A stretch of 64,000 nucleotides of DNA from Lama glama (taxonomy: Eukaryota), in NCBI GenBank assembly GCA_028534125.1, contig CM052817.1, positions 83,888,001 through 83,952,000 on the forward strand, written 5' to 3'. Shown piece by piece: positions 1 to 13,760 of the stretch (position 1 is its first letter; every line of letters begins with the position of its first letter). The notes under the pieces are model-generated. The model was not told the DNA's origin, did not search any database, and saw nothing but the letters and a program-made list of their open reading frames with translations. A program made the position numbers and the translations under genes.

Positions 1-1650
1 GTATAGTTTTGGGAATTTTAACAGATATGTATAATCATGTAGTTACCACCTACTCAAATTACAGCACAGTTCCATTACTTCCCCCAGATTCTCCCTTGCC
101 TCTTTGTAGTCAACCCCTGTTTTCTATTTTCTACCCTTATATTTTTGCCTTTACCAGAATATCATACAAATGGAATCATATATAGCCATTTCTCTGGCTT
201 CTTTCATTTAGCATAATGCATTTGAGATTCATCCATACTTTTGTGTGTTGTTTGTTCCTTTTTATTGGTAAGTAATATTCCATTACATGAATGTAAGCAG
301 TTTATCATTAGTTGAAGGACATGGGGTTGTTTTCAGTTCTTCGTGATTATGAACAAAGACGCTATAAATATTTGCTTACAGGTTTTGTTGAGAATATAAG
401 TTTTCATTTCACTTGGGTAAATACTTAGAGTGGGATTGCTAAGTCACGTGGCAAATGTATGTTTAACTTTATAAGAAACTTCTTAACAGTTTTCCAAAGT
501 GGCTGTGTCATTTTTCATTACCATCAGCAATGTATGAGGATTCTAGTTGCTCCATATTCTCATCAGCACTTGGTATCGTAAGTTTGTTTGTTTGTTTTTT
601 TGTATTCTAATAGGTATGTAGTAGTATTTCATTGCGACTGATGATGTGGAGCATCTTTTCATGTGCTTATTTGACATGAGTGTATCTTTGGTGGAGTGAC
701 TGCTCAAGTATTTTGACTTTTTTATTGAGTTTTCTTACTGAGCTCTAAGAATTCTTTATTCTGGATACAAGTCTTTATTACATATGTAATTTGCACATAT
801 CTTCTCCCTATATGGAGATTATCTTTTCTTTTTTTGTGCCTTTTAAAAAGCAGAGCTTCTTATTTTTAATGATCAGCAATTATTTTTTTTTTTAATTTTA
901 ATGGTTTATGCTTTTGGTGTCCATGTAAGAAACCTTTGCCTAATCCAGAATTCAAAGATTTCTATTAGAGGCTTTATATTTTTATCTTTTACCTAATTCA
1001 GGTTTCTATTCAATTTTGAGTTAATTTTTTTCTTATTGGTATATGATAGAAGTATGGATATGGATATTCCATGATTTCAGCACCATTTGTTGGGAAGTCT
1101 ATTCATTCTCCATTGAATTGCCTTTTAGTCTTTGATCAAAACCAATTAACTATGTGTATATATCTAATTTTGGACTCAATATTCTCCTCATCTTATCTCT
1201 GTTTATCCCTTTGCTACTAGCACAACTTGATAACTGTAACCTTAAAATCAGTATGTCCTCCATCTTTTTTCTTTTTTTTCCAAAATTGTTTTAGCTATTC
1301 TAGTTTTTTTGCTTTTTCATATAAGTTATAGAATTACCTTACTGATGTCTATAAAAACTCCAGATGATATTTTGATTGAAACTGCATTGAATCTACAGAT
1401 TATTTGGGGAAGAATTAAAATGTTAACAGTATTGAATCTTCTAATCCATGAATATGGTATACTTCTCCATTTAAGTCTTTTTTGTTCTTCAGTGTTTTAC
1501 AGTTTTTGGTTTATTTTGTACACATTTTGTTACCTATATCCCTAAGTATATTATGGTTTTGGTGCTGTTGTAAATGGTGCTTTAACATTTTTACTCTCCA
1601 ATTGTTTATTGCTATTATATAGAAATAAGATTGATTTTTATATTATTCTT

Positions 1651-2116
1651 TGTGATGTTAATTTTATCTGTCAACTTAACTGGATCAAAGGATGCCCATA
1701 TATCTTGTTTAAAAATTACTTCTGGCTGTTGCTGCATGAGATTAATATCTGAATTGGTGAGCTTGGTAAAGTAGATTGCCATCCCCAGTGTGGGTAGGCA
1801 TCATCCAATCCACTGAGGGCCTAAATAGAACAAAAATACAGAGGAAGGAGGAATTTACTCCTTTTTTGCTGTCTCATTGTTTGAGCTGGGACATCACATC
1901 TCATCTCGGACTGGTATTTATATCATCGACTCCTCTAGGTCTCAGACCTTTGGACTCAGGCTGAATTACACCACTGGCTTTCCTAAGTTTCCAGCTTACA
2001 GATGGCAGATCATGGGACATCTCATCCTCCATAATCTTGTAAGCCAATTCCTCATATTAAATCTACTTTTATATATCCTATTGGTTCTTTTACTCTGGAG
2101 AATCCTAACTAACACA
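1651..2116 (+). mobile_element. MLT2-type (ERVL) solo LTR nested in L1
   Basis: TGTGATG.TAATTTTAT.TGTCAACTT start; CTGGAGAATCCTAACTAACACA end; TG...CA termini. Confidence 0.85.
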
Positions 2117-3079
2117 GCCTTATATCCTGTGACATTGATAAATTTACTAGTAGTAGTTCTTACAGCTTTTTAATAGATTCTTTGATAAAGTCTACACTGA
2201 TATATTTCTACACAATCATGTTGTCTATGACTAGATGCAGTTCTTTTTCTTACTTTTCTATTTTCTTTTCTTCCTTTATTGTGTTGGTTGGGACCTCCAA
2301 CATGATGTGAATAGAAGTTATAAGATATAACACCCTTGCCTTGTTACTTTTTGTTCCTAATTTTAGGTGGAAAGCATTCAGTCTTTCACCATTAAGTATG
2401 ATATCAGTTGTAGGTTTTCCATAGATTCTTTTTATTAGGTTGAGGAAGTCCCCTTTTATTTCTAGTGTGCTGAGAGTTTTGAGTCATGAATTGATGCTAA
2501 TTTTTTTCAGTCTTTTTTCTGGGTCTTTTGAAATGATTATATGGTTTGTTTTAATTAGTTTATTTATATTGTAAATTACTTGATTTGTTTTCAAATGTTG
2601 AATTAGTCTGTGATTCCCAGGATAAACTTCATTTAATAGTGACATATTATCCTCTTTATACATTATTAGATTTAGTTTGCCTTTTTCTTTTAAGATTTTG
2701 TACTATATTCATGAGGAATTTCGGTTTGTATTTTCTTGGATTATCTTTGTTTGGTTTTGGTATTGGGGAATCTTGCCTCATAACTGAGTTGGTAAGTGTT
2801 CCTTCCTTTTCTATGTTTTGGAAGAGTTTGTATAGAATTGTTATTTTTGATTCCTTAAAGGAATGGTAGGATTTGAAGTGAAGACGTATGGGCTTGGAAT
2901 TGTTGGAATGATCTTGAATACAAATTAAATTTTTTAATAGATATAAGACTATTTAGATAATCTAGGTTATCTTAAGTTAGCTTTTGTACTTTGTATGTAA
3001 AGAATTTGTGCATTTTGTGAGTGTTTTTTGATGATATTCCCTTTTTATTCTTATAATATTTGTAGGGTCTATAGACATA

Positions 3080-5455
3080 CAGGCATACCTTAAAAGATGT
3101 TGTAGTTTTGGTTCCAGACCAGCACAATAAAGTAAACATTCACAATAAAGCAAGTCACGTGAGTTTTTTGGTTTCCCAGTGCATATAAAAGTTACATTTA
3201 GACTGTACTGTGGTCTATTAAGTGTGCAATAGCATTATGTCTAAAAGAAAAATGTACATACTTTAATTTAAAAATACTTTCCTGCTAAAAGATGCTAACT
3301 ATCATCTGAGCCTTCAGCGAGTTGTAATTTTCTTTGCTGGTGGACAGTCTTCCCTCAGTGTTGATGGCTGCTGACTGATCAGGAAGGATTGTTTTTGCTG
3401 AAGGTTGGAGTGGCTGTGGCAATTTCTTAAAATAATAGAAAGATGAGGTTCACCAAATTGATTGACTCTTCCTTTCACAATTTCTTTGTACCTTGCAATG
3501 CGGTTTGATAGTATTTTACCCATAATAGAGCCTTTAAAATTGAAGTTAGTCCTCTCAGACCCTGTGACTGCTTTATCAACTAAGTTTATGTAATATTCTA
3601 AATCTTATGTTGTCTTCACCAGAAGTAGATTCCATCTCAAAAAACCAGTTTCCTTGCTCATCCATAAGAAGAAACTCCTCATCCATTCAGGTTTTTTTTT
3701 TTTCATGAGTTTACAGCAATTTAGTCACATCTTCAGGCTCCACTTCTAATTCTAGTTCTCTTGCTATTTCCACCATATCTGCAGTTCCTTCCTCCACTGA
3801 AGTCTTGAACCTATTAAAGTCATCCATGAGGATTGGAATCAACTTCTTCCAAATTCCAAATGTTTTGACCTCTTCCCGTGAATCATAAATGTTCTTAATG
3901 GCATCTAGAACGGTGAATCTTTTCCAGAAGGCTTTAAATTAACTTCGCCCAGATCCATCAGAAAAATCACTATTTATGGTAGCTATAGCCTTATAAAAAG
4001 TATTTCTTAAATAGTAAGACTGGAAATTTGAAATTACTCCTTGATCCATGGGCTGCAGAATGGACTTTGTGTTAGTAGGCATGAAAATGTTGCACATCTC
4101 CATCAGAGTTCTTGGGTGGCCAGGTGCATTGTTAATGTGGAATAATATTTTGAAAGGAATATCTTTTTCTGAGCAATAGATCTCAACATTGGGCTTAAAC
4201 CCACTATAAACCATTTTGTAAACAGATGTGCTGTTATCCAGACTCTGTTATTCCATTTATAGACCACAAGTAGAGTATATACAGAAATCACTCTTATGTG
4301 CCTTAGGATTTTGGGGATGGTAAATGAACATTGGCTTCAACTTAAAAGTCACAGTTGCATGAGCCCCTAACAAGAGAGTGAGCCTGTTCTTTAAAGTTTT
4401 GAAATCAGGCATTCACTTCTCCTCACCAGACGGCATCTTTTTCCAATACAAAAATGTTTCATTTACATTGAAAATCTGCTGTTTAGTGAAGCCACCTATC
4501 TTTACTAGAGCACCTGGATAATTTGCTGAAGCTCTACATCAGCACTTGCTGCTTCATCTTGCATGTTTCTGTTATGGAGATAAGGCTTTTTTCTGTAAAC
4601 CTCATGAACCAACCTCTGTTAGCTTCAAACTTTTCTTCTACAACTTCCTCACCTCTCTTAGCCTTCATAGAATTGAGAAGAGTTAGTACCTTGTTCTGGA
4701 TTAAGCTTTGGGTTAAGGGAATGTTGTAGCTGGTTTGATCATCTGTTCAGACCACCAAAACTTTCTCCATAGCAGCAATGAGGTAATTTCACTTTCTATC
4801 ATTCCTGTGTTCACTTGGAATAGCACTTTGAATTTCCTTCAAGAAATTTTCCTTTGCATTCACAACTTGGCTGTTTGGCAGAGGAGGCCATCTTTTGGCC
4901 TATCTCTGCTTTTGAGATGCCTTCCTCACTAAGATTAATCATTTTTAGCCTTTGATTTAAAGTGAGAAATGTGTGACTCTTCCTTTTATTTGGACACTTA
5001 GAGGTCTTGATAGGGTTATTAATTTGCCTAATTTCAATATTGTTGTTTCTCAGGGAATACCCAGGAAGGGGTAGAGACACAGGGGAACAGTCAGTTGGTT
5101 GAGCAGTCAGAGCATACACATTTATTGATTGTTTGCTTATATGAGTGTGGTTCATGGCACCCCAAAACAATTAAAAATAATAAATGAATAAATAAATAAT
5201 GAATAAAAATAAAAATAGTAGCATCAAAAATCACTGATCACAGGGCACTATAACAAATAATAATGGGGAAGTTGGAAATACTGTGAAAATTACAAAAATG
5301 TTACACAGAGACATGAAGTGAGCAATGCTGTTTGAAAATGGTGCCAATGGACTTGCTTGACATAGAGTTGCCATAAGCCTTCAATTTGTAAAACAAACAA
5401 ACAAACAAAACTTTGAATTACAATAAAGGACAGTATAATAAATCAGTTATCCCCA
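3080..5455 (-). mobile_element. Near full-length Tigger1 DNA transposon with decayed transposase
   Basis: TA-CAGGCATACCT terminus; degenerate far TIR plus TA. ORF remnants: DDE region (NAPGHP...[10 protein letters not shown], 3939-4214) and CENP-B-like HTH (LTLNQRLKMINLSEEGISKAEIGQK, 4811-5170). About 2.38 kb. Confidence 0.93.
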
Positions 5456-6893
5456 TATCTCCTTTCATCCCTGATATTTTTAATTTGTGCTTCTTTTTTT
5501 TCTTGTTCAGTGATCAGTTTAATACATTTTTAGAAACCTTTATTTTCATTGATCTACGTGATTATTTCTCCTAGTAGTATTATTTTCTGCTGTTATCTTT
5601 TCTTTTCCATTTTTCTCCTGGTTTGAGTTTACTTTGCTCTTCCTCTTCTAGTTTCACAAAGTGGAAGCTTAGACAATTTATTTGAGAACTTTCTTCTTTT
5701 CTATTATAAGCATTTAGTGCTACACATGTCCTTTTAAGCACTATTTTAGGTGCATCTCAGAATTTTCAATATGTTGTTTTCTCATTTTCATTCAATTCTA
5801 GATATTTTCTAATTTCTTTGTATTTTTTTCTTTGACCCATCAGTTATTTAGAAGTGATTTTGTTTAATTTCTAAATATTTGGGTATTTTCCTGATATCTT
5901 ATTTTTTAAGAGGAAAGTTTAAATTATTCATTTGAGACTTTTCTAATATAAGTACTTAATCTTATATATTTTCCTTAAGCACTGCTTTAACTGCATTTCA
6001 CAGATTTTGATGTCATGTTGTAATTTTCATTACTTTCAAAAAATTCTCTAATTCCTCTTTAAACTTCCTCTTTGATCCATAGGTTATTTTGAAACGTGTT
6101 GTTTAATTTGTAAGTGATTGGAAATTTTCCTGTTATCTTTTTGTTCCTGATATTACTGATACATAATTTAATTCCATTATGATCTGAGAATATATTTTGC
6201 ATGGTTCAGTTCTTCTAAATTTGTCAAGGTCTTTTTTATGAAGCACAATATGGTCTTAGTGAATGTTCCATGTACATTTGACAAGAATATTTTTTCTGCT
6301 GTTTTGGAGTGACTTACAAATTCTTAACCAGATTCAGTTGGTTAATGGTGTTGGTAAGTTACATATCCTTGCAGATTTTTCGTCTACTAGCTCTATTAGT
6401 GAGAGGAGTGTTGAAGTCTCCAACTATAAATGAAAGTTTGTCTATTTTTCCTTGCTTCATTTATTTTGAAGCTGTTTTATTAGGTGTACTACACTTAGGT
6501 TTACTGTGTCTTCTTAGGAGTTGACCTTTATATTAGTATATGCTGCTTTCTTTATTCCCAATCATTTTTGTTGCTCTGAAATCTAATTTATCTGATTTTG
6601 ATATAGCCATTCTAGCTTTCTCTTGATTACGCTTTGTATGGTATGTGGTGTATCTTTTTATCCCTTTACTTTTAAGCCACCTATTTCATTATATTTGAAG
6701 TGAATTTGTCAGAGACAACATATACATTGGTCATGTTTTTTAATTCATTCTGACAGTCTTTTAATGTTGTGTTTAGACTGTTTACATTTAATATAATTAT
6801 TCATATGTTTGGATTTAGATTTACTGTTTACTATTCATTTTCTGTTCTCTGCATTTTACTTCTCTGTTTCCCTTTTTCTGCCCTTTTGGGTAA

Positions 6894-7223
6894 CAGTTGA
6901 CTCTTGAGCAATTCAAGAGTCAGGGGTGCTGACCCCCATACAGTCAGAAAGTCATGTACTGCCATCTCTGCCTCAAAAACAAAAGAATTGATAAATGACT
7001 CACCCAAGGATAGGAAGCTGAAACAGATTGACTAGAACTAGGACTCAAACCCTAGTTCTTTTGATTCTGTGTATTGTGATCTCTAATTGAACACAAACTT
7101 TTCCCCATACCTAGTTAATTTAAAGATCTTCAAAGTGAAGACAGGTTCTATATTTATTGAAAAAAAAATCCACGTATAGGTTGATCTGTGTAATTCAACC
7201 CCATGTTGTTCAAGGGTCAACTA
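6894..7223. mobile_element. Tigger2-derived MITE (Tigger2a/MER28-like)
   Basis: TIRs CAGTTGACTCTTGAGCAA ... TTGTTCAAGGGTCAACTA. Confidence 0.8.
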
Positions 7224-8769
7224 TATTTGTAATTTTTTTAAATTATATTTTAATTTATCTAGGGTGAGTTTGGCTGTATGTATCATTTTTTATTTTTTTT
7301 TTAGCACTCCCACTAGGGATTAAGTTGCTCTAGGGACACTTAATTTTTCAGTTTATTTAGAATCAGTATTTTATTTCTACAACAGAAATGCAGAAATTTT
7401 ATTTCCATACAAATTTCTTTGTGCTATAGTCATACATTGAAAATCCCACCAGACAATGTTTATTTTTTTATTTTTAATTATCAGATATGTTTTAAAGAAC
7501 TTAAAAGGAGAATATTTATGTATATTAAGACTTTTTTTATTTCTCTTGCTCTTTATTTATGATGTTCCAAGTTTCTTTCTGGTATCACTTCTTTCTGCTC
7601 GAAGTACTTTCTTTAGTAATTCTTTGAGAGCAGTTCTACTGTGATTTATAGTAGTAGTTCCTTCATCGGACAGTATCTTTATTTCACTTTCATTCCCAAA
7701 GGATGTTTTCACTGGATATAGAATTCTGGATTGACAGTTCTTTTCTTTCAGCACTTAAAACTGTCAGGCCACTTCTTTCTGGCTTCCATGCTTATAAAAA
7801 GAAAAAATTTGTCATCATTCAGATTTTTCTCTCACTTGTAGTGAGTTCTTTTTCTCTAGCTACTTTCAAGATTTTTTAATTTGTCTGAAGTTGTTAGCAA
7901 TTAGAGTATGATGTGTCTGGCCATTGATTTCTTTGGATAAATCCTGGATAGACTTCTCTCAGTTTCTTGAATCTGTAGGTTTATGCCTTTAGCTGAACTT
8001 TCAGAGGTTTTAAACTATTATTTCTTCAGAGTTTGTTTTATTTCTGCATTCTTCTCACCTAGGCTTACTGATGTTCTAAAGGTTCCTGAGGCTTGATTAA
8101 TTTTTCCATTTGTTTTTTGACTCTATTGATCAGATTCAATAACTGCTATTGATTCTGGCTGCTTTTAATATTTTCTCTTTATCACCTGTTGTAAGCAGTT
8201 TGCGATTGCTTTGTTGTGATTTCTTAGTGTTCTTGTACTTTAGTCTTATTGAGTTTTTGTACCTATGTGTTTTTATATTTTAGATCAAATTTGAAAAAAA
8301 ATTAGCCATATTTTAAATTAGCATTTTAAATTTTAAGAATTAATAATTTTTATGTACTTTAAAATTATTTCTTTGACTCCAGTTACATATATATTAAGCT
8401 ACTTCACCTCCCATAGTTCACTAATGCCCTCTTCCCGCCCCCCCAGTCATATTTTAATTTGTGTTTTGTTTTGGACAATTTCTACTATGTTTCTAAGTTC
8501 ATTAGACTTTTCTTCTGCAGTGTCTAATCTATTTTTAAACCCATCTAGTATGGGTTGTTTTGGTTTTTGTTTTTTGTTTTTTTTAATCTCAGCTGTTGGG
8601 TTTTTCCTCTCTCGAAGTTGTATTGGGTTCTTTTTTATTGCCTGTATCTCTTTGCTGTGGTCATACTTTCCTCTGTCTTACTGAATACATGAAATATAGT
8701 TATAATGACTTTTTTGTAAGCAAATTTAAATCTAGTATTTGGATCCCCATCTATCTGACTGCTCTGGTT

Positions 8770-8965
8770 CAGTGATTGGCAAATTTATTACCCATAGGCC
8801 AGAACTGGCCTGCCATGGTCCAATCTGGCTGTATCCTTCATTTACTTATAGTCTGTGGCTATGCTACAGTGGTAAGGTTGAATAGTTTCATCAGAGACTT
8901 TATGATCTGAAAAACCAAAAAAAATTTCCTATCTGGCATTTATAGGAAAAGTTTGCTGAGTCCTG
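8770..8965. mobile_element. MER58-like hAT-Charlie MITE
   Basis: CAGTGATTGGCAAA...AAAAGTTTGCTGAGTCCTG termini. Confidence 0.7.
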
Positions 8966-9203
8966 CTTCAGTAGCATTTTATTTACATAAAAAATAAAGT
9001 GTCCGTCCTTATATAGCATTTTTATTATCAGCCTTCAGTGAACACCAATAGCTCAATATTAAGTTCTGTTTTTATAAAGGCAATTCCTGTCTATAAAGAC
9101 ATTGGGGGCTATGGAGAAGGTCCATAAGCACCTGTGCAATTATTTGGTACCAATAAGATATGGAAGATCTTAAGTAGTAGAATAGTTAGCATACCTTTCA
9201 GTC

Positions 9204-9387
9204 CAGTGGTTATTAAACTTTGGCAAGCATCAGGTTCACTTAGAAAGCTTGTTAAAACAAATCAAAGAACTCTGCACCCAGAGTTTCTTGACTTAGTAAA
9301 ATGAGGTGGGACCTGAGAATATGCATTTTTAACAAGTTCACAGGTTATGCTGATGCCACTGGTGGGACTGTACTTTCAAAATCAGTG
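9204..9387. mobile_element. MER5A-like hAT MITE
   Basis: CAGTGGTT.TTAAACTTT...GCATTTTTAACAAGTTC..AGGT.ATGCTGATGC motifs. Confidence 0.75.
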
Positions 9388-10549
9388 TTTTAGCTTGATC
9401 CTCTGAAATATCAGCCCTCTCTGATTTGATACTACTTTTAGCAGAAACTGTATGGTAGACAATCACAACTGAGATTCCCTGAAGAGCAGATGGCCTGATC
9501 TTTTTGTTTTGTAAAGCTTTTTTGAGGTATAATTTACATAAAATTAACTCACTTTAAGTGTATATTTTGATGAATTTCAGTAAATTTGTATACTTGTACA
9601 CCAGCACTATGATTTAGTTTTAGAATTCCGTCATGCTAAAAGTTTATTCATGATCATTTGCAGTCAAGTCTCAACACTCAGCTTCAGTCTGAGGTAACTG
9701 GTGATCTGCTGACTGTATGTTTTTTTTCACCTCCTAGAAATTTCATGTAAATGGAATCATGCGATATGTAATCAATGTGTCTTGACTTCTTTCGGTTCAT
9801 ATATTTTTTGAAGTTAATCCATGTTGTTGCTTAGATCAGTACTTTGCTCCTTTTTATGAGGTGGTGTTTTATAGCATGGACACACTTCATTTTGTTTACC
9901 TGTATGGCAGTTGATGGATATTTGGATTTTTTTCAGTTTGGACTATTATGAAAAATGCTATTTTGAACATTCATGTAGAAGAGATGGCCCACGAATCTCA
10001 AACACTATTATTTCTTCTGTAAATACCCACTGTATATATATATATTTTTTTTTATGATATCATTATTTCACATTAAATTAGTAATAATTCCTTAATATCA
10101 TCTACTACTCAGTATATATTTATTGCCTCTTATTGTCTGAAATATATATTTTTCTAATTTGTTGTTTGAATCAGGACCAGACAAGGTACACATGTAGCAT
10201 TTGATTGATAAGACCATTAAGTCACTCATAATCTCTAATCATTCTTCTTCTCTTCTTTTTCCATGCCAAAGATTTATTGAAAAAACTAGTTACTTTATCA
10301 TAGGATTTCTTATGATTCATGTTTACCTGTGTTCTTTTATCTCCTCTATTTCTTGTGAACTGGTACTTAGATATAGATTTAGTATATTTAGGATTTTTAT
10401 TTTTGTGGTGGCAAGCCTATTTCATAGGAGTTGTTTATTTCCTATTGCATCATACAATATCTTTCAGGCTCACATTTACTGATGCTATGATTGATCATTG
10501 GGTTTAGATGTTGTCAGCCTGATCTATTCATCATAAAGTTTCCCTTCAC

Positions 10550-10916
10550 CTTTTTTAAAGATTTTTTTTTCTAGAGCAATTTTAGGCTCATAGCAAAATT
10601 AAGAGAAAGATACAGAGATTTCCCATTTACTCCTTGACCCCAACTTGCTTAGCTAAAGCCCATGTGGTGAAAGATGTGCCTTCCTCATAGCAATGTCCCA
10701 CACCAGAGTGGTACATATGTTACAAATGATGAGCCTACGCTGATACATCATAATCACTGAAAGTCTGTAGTTACATTAGCGTTTACTCTTGGTGTTGTAC
10801 ATTTCATTGGTTTGTAAATGTATAACCAGATGTAGCCATCATTATAGTAGCATACATGGTATTTCACAGCCCAGAAAATCCTCTTTGGTCCACCTATTCA
10901 TCCCTCCCTACCCACA
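10550..10916 (-). mobile_element. L1MC1-like 3' end (left arm of the gap inverted repeat)
   Basis: TTTTCTAGAGCAATTTTAGG..CACCAGAGTGGTACAT..CACCTATTCATCCCTCCC motifs with a poly-T end. Confidence 0.75.
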
Positions 10917-11632
10917 NNNNNNNNNNNNNNNNNNNNNNNNNNNNNNNNNNNNNNNNNNNNNNNNNNNNNNNNNNNNNNNNNNNNNNNNNNNNNNNNNNNN
11001 NNNNNNNNNNNNNNNNNNNNNNNNNNNNNNNNNNNNNNNNNNNNNNNNNNNNNNNNNNNNNNNNNNNNNNNNNNNNNNNNNNNNNNNNNNNNNNNNNNNN
11101 NNNNNNNNNNNNNNNNNNNNNNNNNNNNNNNNNNNNNNNNNNNNNNNNNNNNNNNNNNNNNNNNNNNNNNNNNNNNNNNNNNNNNNNNNNNNNNNNNNNN
11201 NNNNNNNNNNNNNNNNNNNNNNNNNNNNNNNNNNNNNNNNNNNNNNNNNNNNNNNNNNNNNNNNNNNNNNNNNNNNNNNNNNNNNNNNNNNNNNNNNNNN
11301 NNNNNNNNNNNNNNNNNNNNNNNNNNNNNNNNNNNNNNNNNNNNNNNNNNNNNNNNNNNNNNNNNNNNNNNNNNNNNNNNNNNNNNNNNNNNNNNNNNNN
11401 NNNNNNNNNNNNNNNNTGTGGGTAGGGAGGGATGAATAGGTGGACCAAAGAGGATTTTCTGGGCTGTGAAATACCATGTATGCTACTATAATGATGGCTA
11501 CATCTGGTTATACATTTACAAACCAATGAAATGTACAACACCAAGAGTAAACGCTAATGTAACTACAGACTTTCAGTGATTATGATGTATCAGCGTAGGC
11601 TCATCATTTGTAACAAATGTACCACTCTGGTG
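10701..11632. repeat. 216-bp inverted repeat flanking the gap (10701-10916 and 11417-11632), one mismatch
   Basis: Direct reverse-complement comparison; only mismatch at 10717/11616; the ORF track shows mirror-image ORFs on both strands. Confidence 0.97.
10917..11416. other. Assembly gap, exactly 500 N (nominal scaffolding size)
   Basis: Run of N counted from the coordinates. Confidence 1.
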
Positions 11633-11770
11633 CTAGATGTGGTGAATGTTGATAGTGGGGGAAGCTGTGGTGTGGGGAGCCAGAATACAGAGGGCTTAGG
11701 GAAAGCTCAGTACCTTCCACTCAGTAACCCTAATGTTGCCCTAAAAGATAAAGTCTATTAAAAAAAAAAG
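11417..11770 (+). mobile_element. L1MC1-like 3' end (right arm) ending in AAAGTCTATT and poly(A)
   Basis: Reverse complement of the same 3'UTR family, with its own A-tail. Confidence 0.75.
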
Positions 11771-13760
11771 CTGAAGGAGTTCATCACCACTAGACCTTCT
11801 CAGCAAGAAATTGTAGTCCTTAGCTTGAAACGAATGGACACTAGACAGTAACATGAAGCCATATGAAGAAAGAAAGATCTTTGGTAAAAATGCAATTTAA
11901 TTTGCAACTCCACTTTCAACTTTCTATGTGATTTAAAAGACAAATGCATTAAAAAAATTAATCTATGTTGGGTATACAGTATATAAATATGTAATCTATG
12001 GCATCAATAATAGGGGAAAACAGAAGTGTATAAGAGCAGAGAGAGTTTTTTTAAGTGTAATCTTCATGATAACCACAAAAAAAATCAATAGAATATATAT
12101 AAAAGGAAATGAGAAGGGAATCAAATATTTCACTCAAAAGAGAAAGAAACAACACAAAAGCAGGCAGTAACAGAGGAAATGAGGGACAATAAATCTATAA
12201 GGCACATAGAAAACTAATAAAGTGGTAGGTCCCTCCTTATCAGTAATTACTTCAAATGTAAATAGATTATATTTTCCAGTCAGAAGACAGAGATTGGCAG
12301 AATGGTATAAACACATGATCCAACTATATATACTGTCTACTGGAGACTTAGATTCAAAAATACAAATAGATTGAAAGTGGAATGGTGGTAAAAGATGCAA
12401 ATGTAAGAGAGCTTATATTTTAATATCAGACAAAATACACTTTAAATCCAAAAAGAATTATAAGGGATAAGGACATTATATATTAATTGAAGTTCAGTAT
12501 AAAAGAATATATAACAGTTATAAACATTTATGTAACTAATAGCAGCTGCTCAAGATATATGAAAGAGAAATTGATGGAATTGAGAAGAGAAATAAACATT
12601 CTACAAGAATAGTTGGAGATTTCAATACCCTGCTTTCAATAATGCATAGATCAACCCAACATAAGATAAGGAACAAAATAGAGGACTTGAATAACACTAT
12701 AAGCAATTAGAACTAACAGACATTTATAGAATATTTCAACCAACAACAACAGAATACAAATTCTTAAGTACACATGGGAAATTCTCCACAATAGACCATG
12801 TGTTAGGCCATAATAGAAGTTTCAGTAGAAGTATCACACAAGCTATCTTCTTTTACCTCAGTGGGATGATGTTAGAAATCCTTAACAGAAGGAAAACTGA
12901 AAATGTGGAGATTAAACAATACATGTTTAAGTAACTCCTAGGTCAAAGAAGAAATCATGATAGAACTTAGAAAATACATTTGGCCCTCCACATCCATGGA
13001 TTCTGCATCTGTGGAGGGTTCTGTAACTAATCCCTCACAAATACTGAGGATTGACTGTACTTAGCGATGAATGAAAACAGAAACACAGCGTACCACATCT
13101 TATGGGGTGCAGGGAAAGCAGTGCTTAGAGGGAAATTTGTAGCTATAAATGCCTACATTTAAAAAGAAGAAAGATCACAAATCAATAACATAACATTATT
13201 CATTAAGGAACTTAAAAAAGAAGAGCAAACTAAATCCAAAGATAGCAGAAGGAAGGAAATATCAAAGGTTAGAGCAAAGATAAACAATATAGAGAAGAAA
13301 ACAACAATAGAGAAAATCAATGAAACCAAAAGTTGGTTCTTTGAGAAGATCAACATAACTGACAAACCCTTCTTTAGCTAGACTGCCAGAGGACAAAAGA
13401 AGATGCAAGTAACTAAAATCAGAAATGAAAATGGAGATTTTACTACTGACCTTACAGAGAGAAAAAGGATTCTAAGAGAATACTATTAAAAATAATACAT
13501 CAACAAATTAGGTAACCTGGAAGAAACGCATAAATTTATTTAAACACATAAATTACCTAAGCTGATTTAAGAAGAAATAAAAAATTCAATCTACCTATAA
13601 GAAGTGAAGAGATTAAGTCAGTAATCAAAAATCCGTAACAAAATTCTAAACTAAATGGCTTCATTAGTGAATTCTACCAAATATTTGAAGATTTAACACT
13701 AATCCTTCTCAAAGTTTTTTTGAGAAATTGAAGAGAAGGGAATGCTTATTCTCTGAGGCC
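11771..13760 (+). mobile_element. Old L1 fragment (end of ORF1, inter-ORF region, ORF2 endonuclease region), sense to LARP1B
   Basis: A-rich; motifs AGTTGGAGATTTCAATACCC and GAAACCAAAAGTTGGTTCTTTGA. Confidence 0.85.
12977..13057. mobile_element. 81-bp internally deleted MER2-like (Tigger) MITE with TA duplication, inside L1
   Basis: TA-CATTTGGCCCTCC...GAGGATTGACTG-TA; the L1 sequence resumes on both sides. Confidence 0.65.

Larger units (their letters stand above)
1..8720 (-). mobile_element. Old L1 sequence (3'UTR, ORF2 and ORF1 remnants; at least two copies), interrupted by MLT2, Tigger1 and a Tigger2-type insertion
   Basis: T-rich antisense L1 motifs (e.g. CAGCACCATTTGTT, TTTCCAAAGTGGCTGT). 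ORF 7557-7754 (QSRILYPVKTSFGNESEIK) resembles the L1 ORF1p C-terminus. Confidence 0.85.

Noticed and set aside
3939..5170. Functional or domesticated transposase (TIGD1-like)
   Set aside because: Fragmented by stops and frameshifts within an ordinary Tigger1 copy.
10789..11544. Four 189-216 aa ORFs spanning the gap
   Set aside because: They are mostly X from the N run; their mirror symmetry only reflects the inverted repeat.
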